Of a stretch of DNA of 42,363 nucleotides, positions 41,398 to 42,363 are shown piece after piece. The first letter of the stretch is position 1. Each line of letters begins with the position of its first letter. The notes under the pieces were generated by a model. It saw nothing but the letters and a program-made list of their open reading frames with translations, had not been told where the DNA came from and made no database searches. This stretch comes from Guillardia theta CCMP2712 (Eukaryota; Protista; Cryptophyta), in the NCBI RefSeq assembly GCF_000315625.1, contig NW_005434575.1:241208-283570 (forward strand), in the 5' to 3' direction. The translations under genes were made by a program, and so were the position numbers.

Positions 41398-42363
41398 ATG
41401 GTAGCTGAAGGAGCTGGCGCCGGGGCTCAGGGTACCAGGAACATCGCACATGGTTCTGACCATTCCTTCAAGGCTGGATCTCCCAAGATCGTGAAACCGA
41501 TCCAAGGACCGCCGAGATACATTGTAAGAGCACCCAAGGACTTGGCTCACCCACTGAGATAGAGTGGAATTTCAGGTCGAACTTTACTTCAAGCAGCCCT
41601 TTGAAGCAGTGTCCACGTACCATCAGTCCTTCTCCACACAACAGTACTCGAAGTCGCCCGAGGGCTTTCATGCAGGATTGATGAGTACCAGGTCGCTATG
41701 GGGTCAAGGGAAGAGAGATCCAAGAGCGGAGAACTTGAACTACAAGGTCACGACGAGCCAGGTGACCATGTCGAGGCTGGCTGGAGGATGGGACAAGGGG
41801 AAACCAGCTCTAGTGACGGGACGTATCAGGACGCGTTCCTAGGATCCACGACAGCAGCTGATGCGTACAAGTGGCCAACGTGGACCATTTGACTTGTTTC
41901 TTCTTGGCAGCTCACTTGGCATGCAGGCCGAACAAGGACAAGAACGCGGGGAAGCCAACGCCATGGGACGAGTCGCCGGAAATAGAGAGGCTCAAGTACA
42001 TGCCTTTCGAGGATCAGACAAGCTACAAGGCTGCCTACCAGGTGATGATGACAATGATGATAATGAGCTGGAGGAGGAGGAGGAGGAGGAGAAAAAGTAG
42101 TAAGAGGAGCAGGAGGAGCAGGAGGAGCAAGAGCAAGACGAGCAGGATGGACAGGGGTAAGAAGAGAATTGGAGAAAACGACAAGGTCGCCCTACATGGC
42201 GTATTCCTTTTCCTGCTGCTTCTGCTTCATGTCTTCGAGGCATGGGTGGAGGAATGAATAAGAGCAGCATCTCTTCCTGCGGCATGACGTGTGACCAGGC
42301 ATCGAAGACGACCCCACGGACGTGAATGCTTGGTACCAGCTGGGGACTTTCTTCAGAACTCAT
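41398..42363 (+). CDS. 5' part of a SAXO/MAP6-like (Mn-motif) ciliary microtubule-binding protein; start uncertain, continues beyond window
   Basis: Repeated PFEAVSTYHQSF, GSTTAADAYKWP and PFEDQTSYKAAY resemble the PF(E/D)xxTTYxxxF/Y Mn repeats of SAXO/FAM154 proteins. Confidence 0.5.

Noticed and set aside
37996-42363. Fanzor/TnpB or other RNA-guided nuclease cargo associated with the transposase
   Set aside because: No RuvC-like motifs or matching ORF found in any frame. The zinc fingers present are SWIM and knuckle types.

Overview
Gene-dense eukaryotic nuclear DNA with short spliceosomal introns, many filled with purine/pyrimidine microsatellites. The style resembles a cryptophyte alga such as Guillardia or Hanusia, but this is an inference. 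About 13 genes lie mostly in alternating convergent and divergent pairs: the 3' end of a TMF1/golgin-like gene, RPL21, an SH3-like unknown, sideroflexin, a giant secreted Cys-rich (GCC2_GCC3/TNFR-like) protein, a coiled-coil protein, ZMAT2/Snu23, an ankyrin-PP2C-CaaX phosphatase, a putative-Ig(He_PIG)+Tudor-like protein, a Puf4-type Pumilio, a second coiled-coil gene crossing an assembly gap, a six-intron Mutator-like transposase gene, and the 5' part of a SAXO/Mn-motif-like gene. The most notable signals are four: (1) the MULE gene looks domesticated (first catalytic D replaced by E, no visible TIRs, GTATCC repeats and tandem palindromes upstream); (2) a ~22-40 bp motif TTTACTCAAAGTTAAGTTAAAA recurs four times, only in promoter-side intergenic DNA; (3) divergent promoters share a repeated architecture of GC-rich blocks and TACCC/GGGTA-rich blocks; (4) several proteins have unusual domain fusions. 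All splicing was assembled by eye, so exon boundaries outside the conserved domains are approximate. No CRISPR array, tRNA, rRNA or Fanzor/TnpB was seen.
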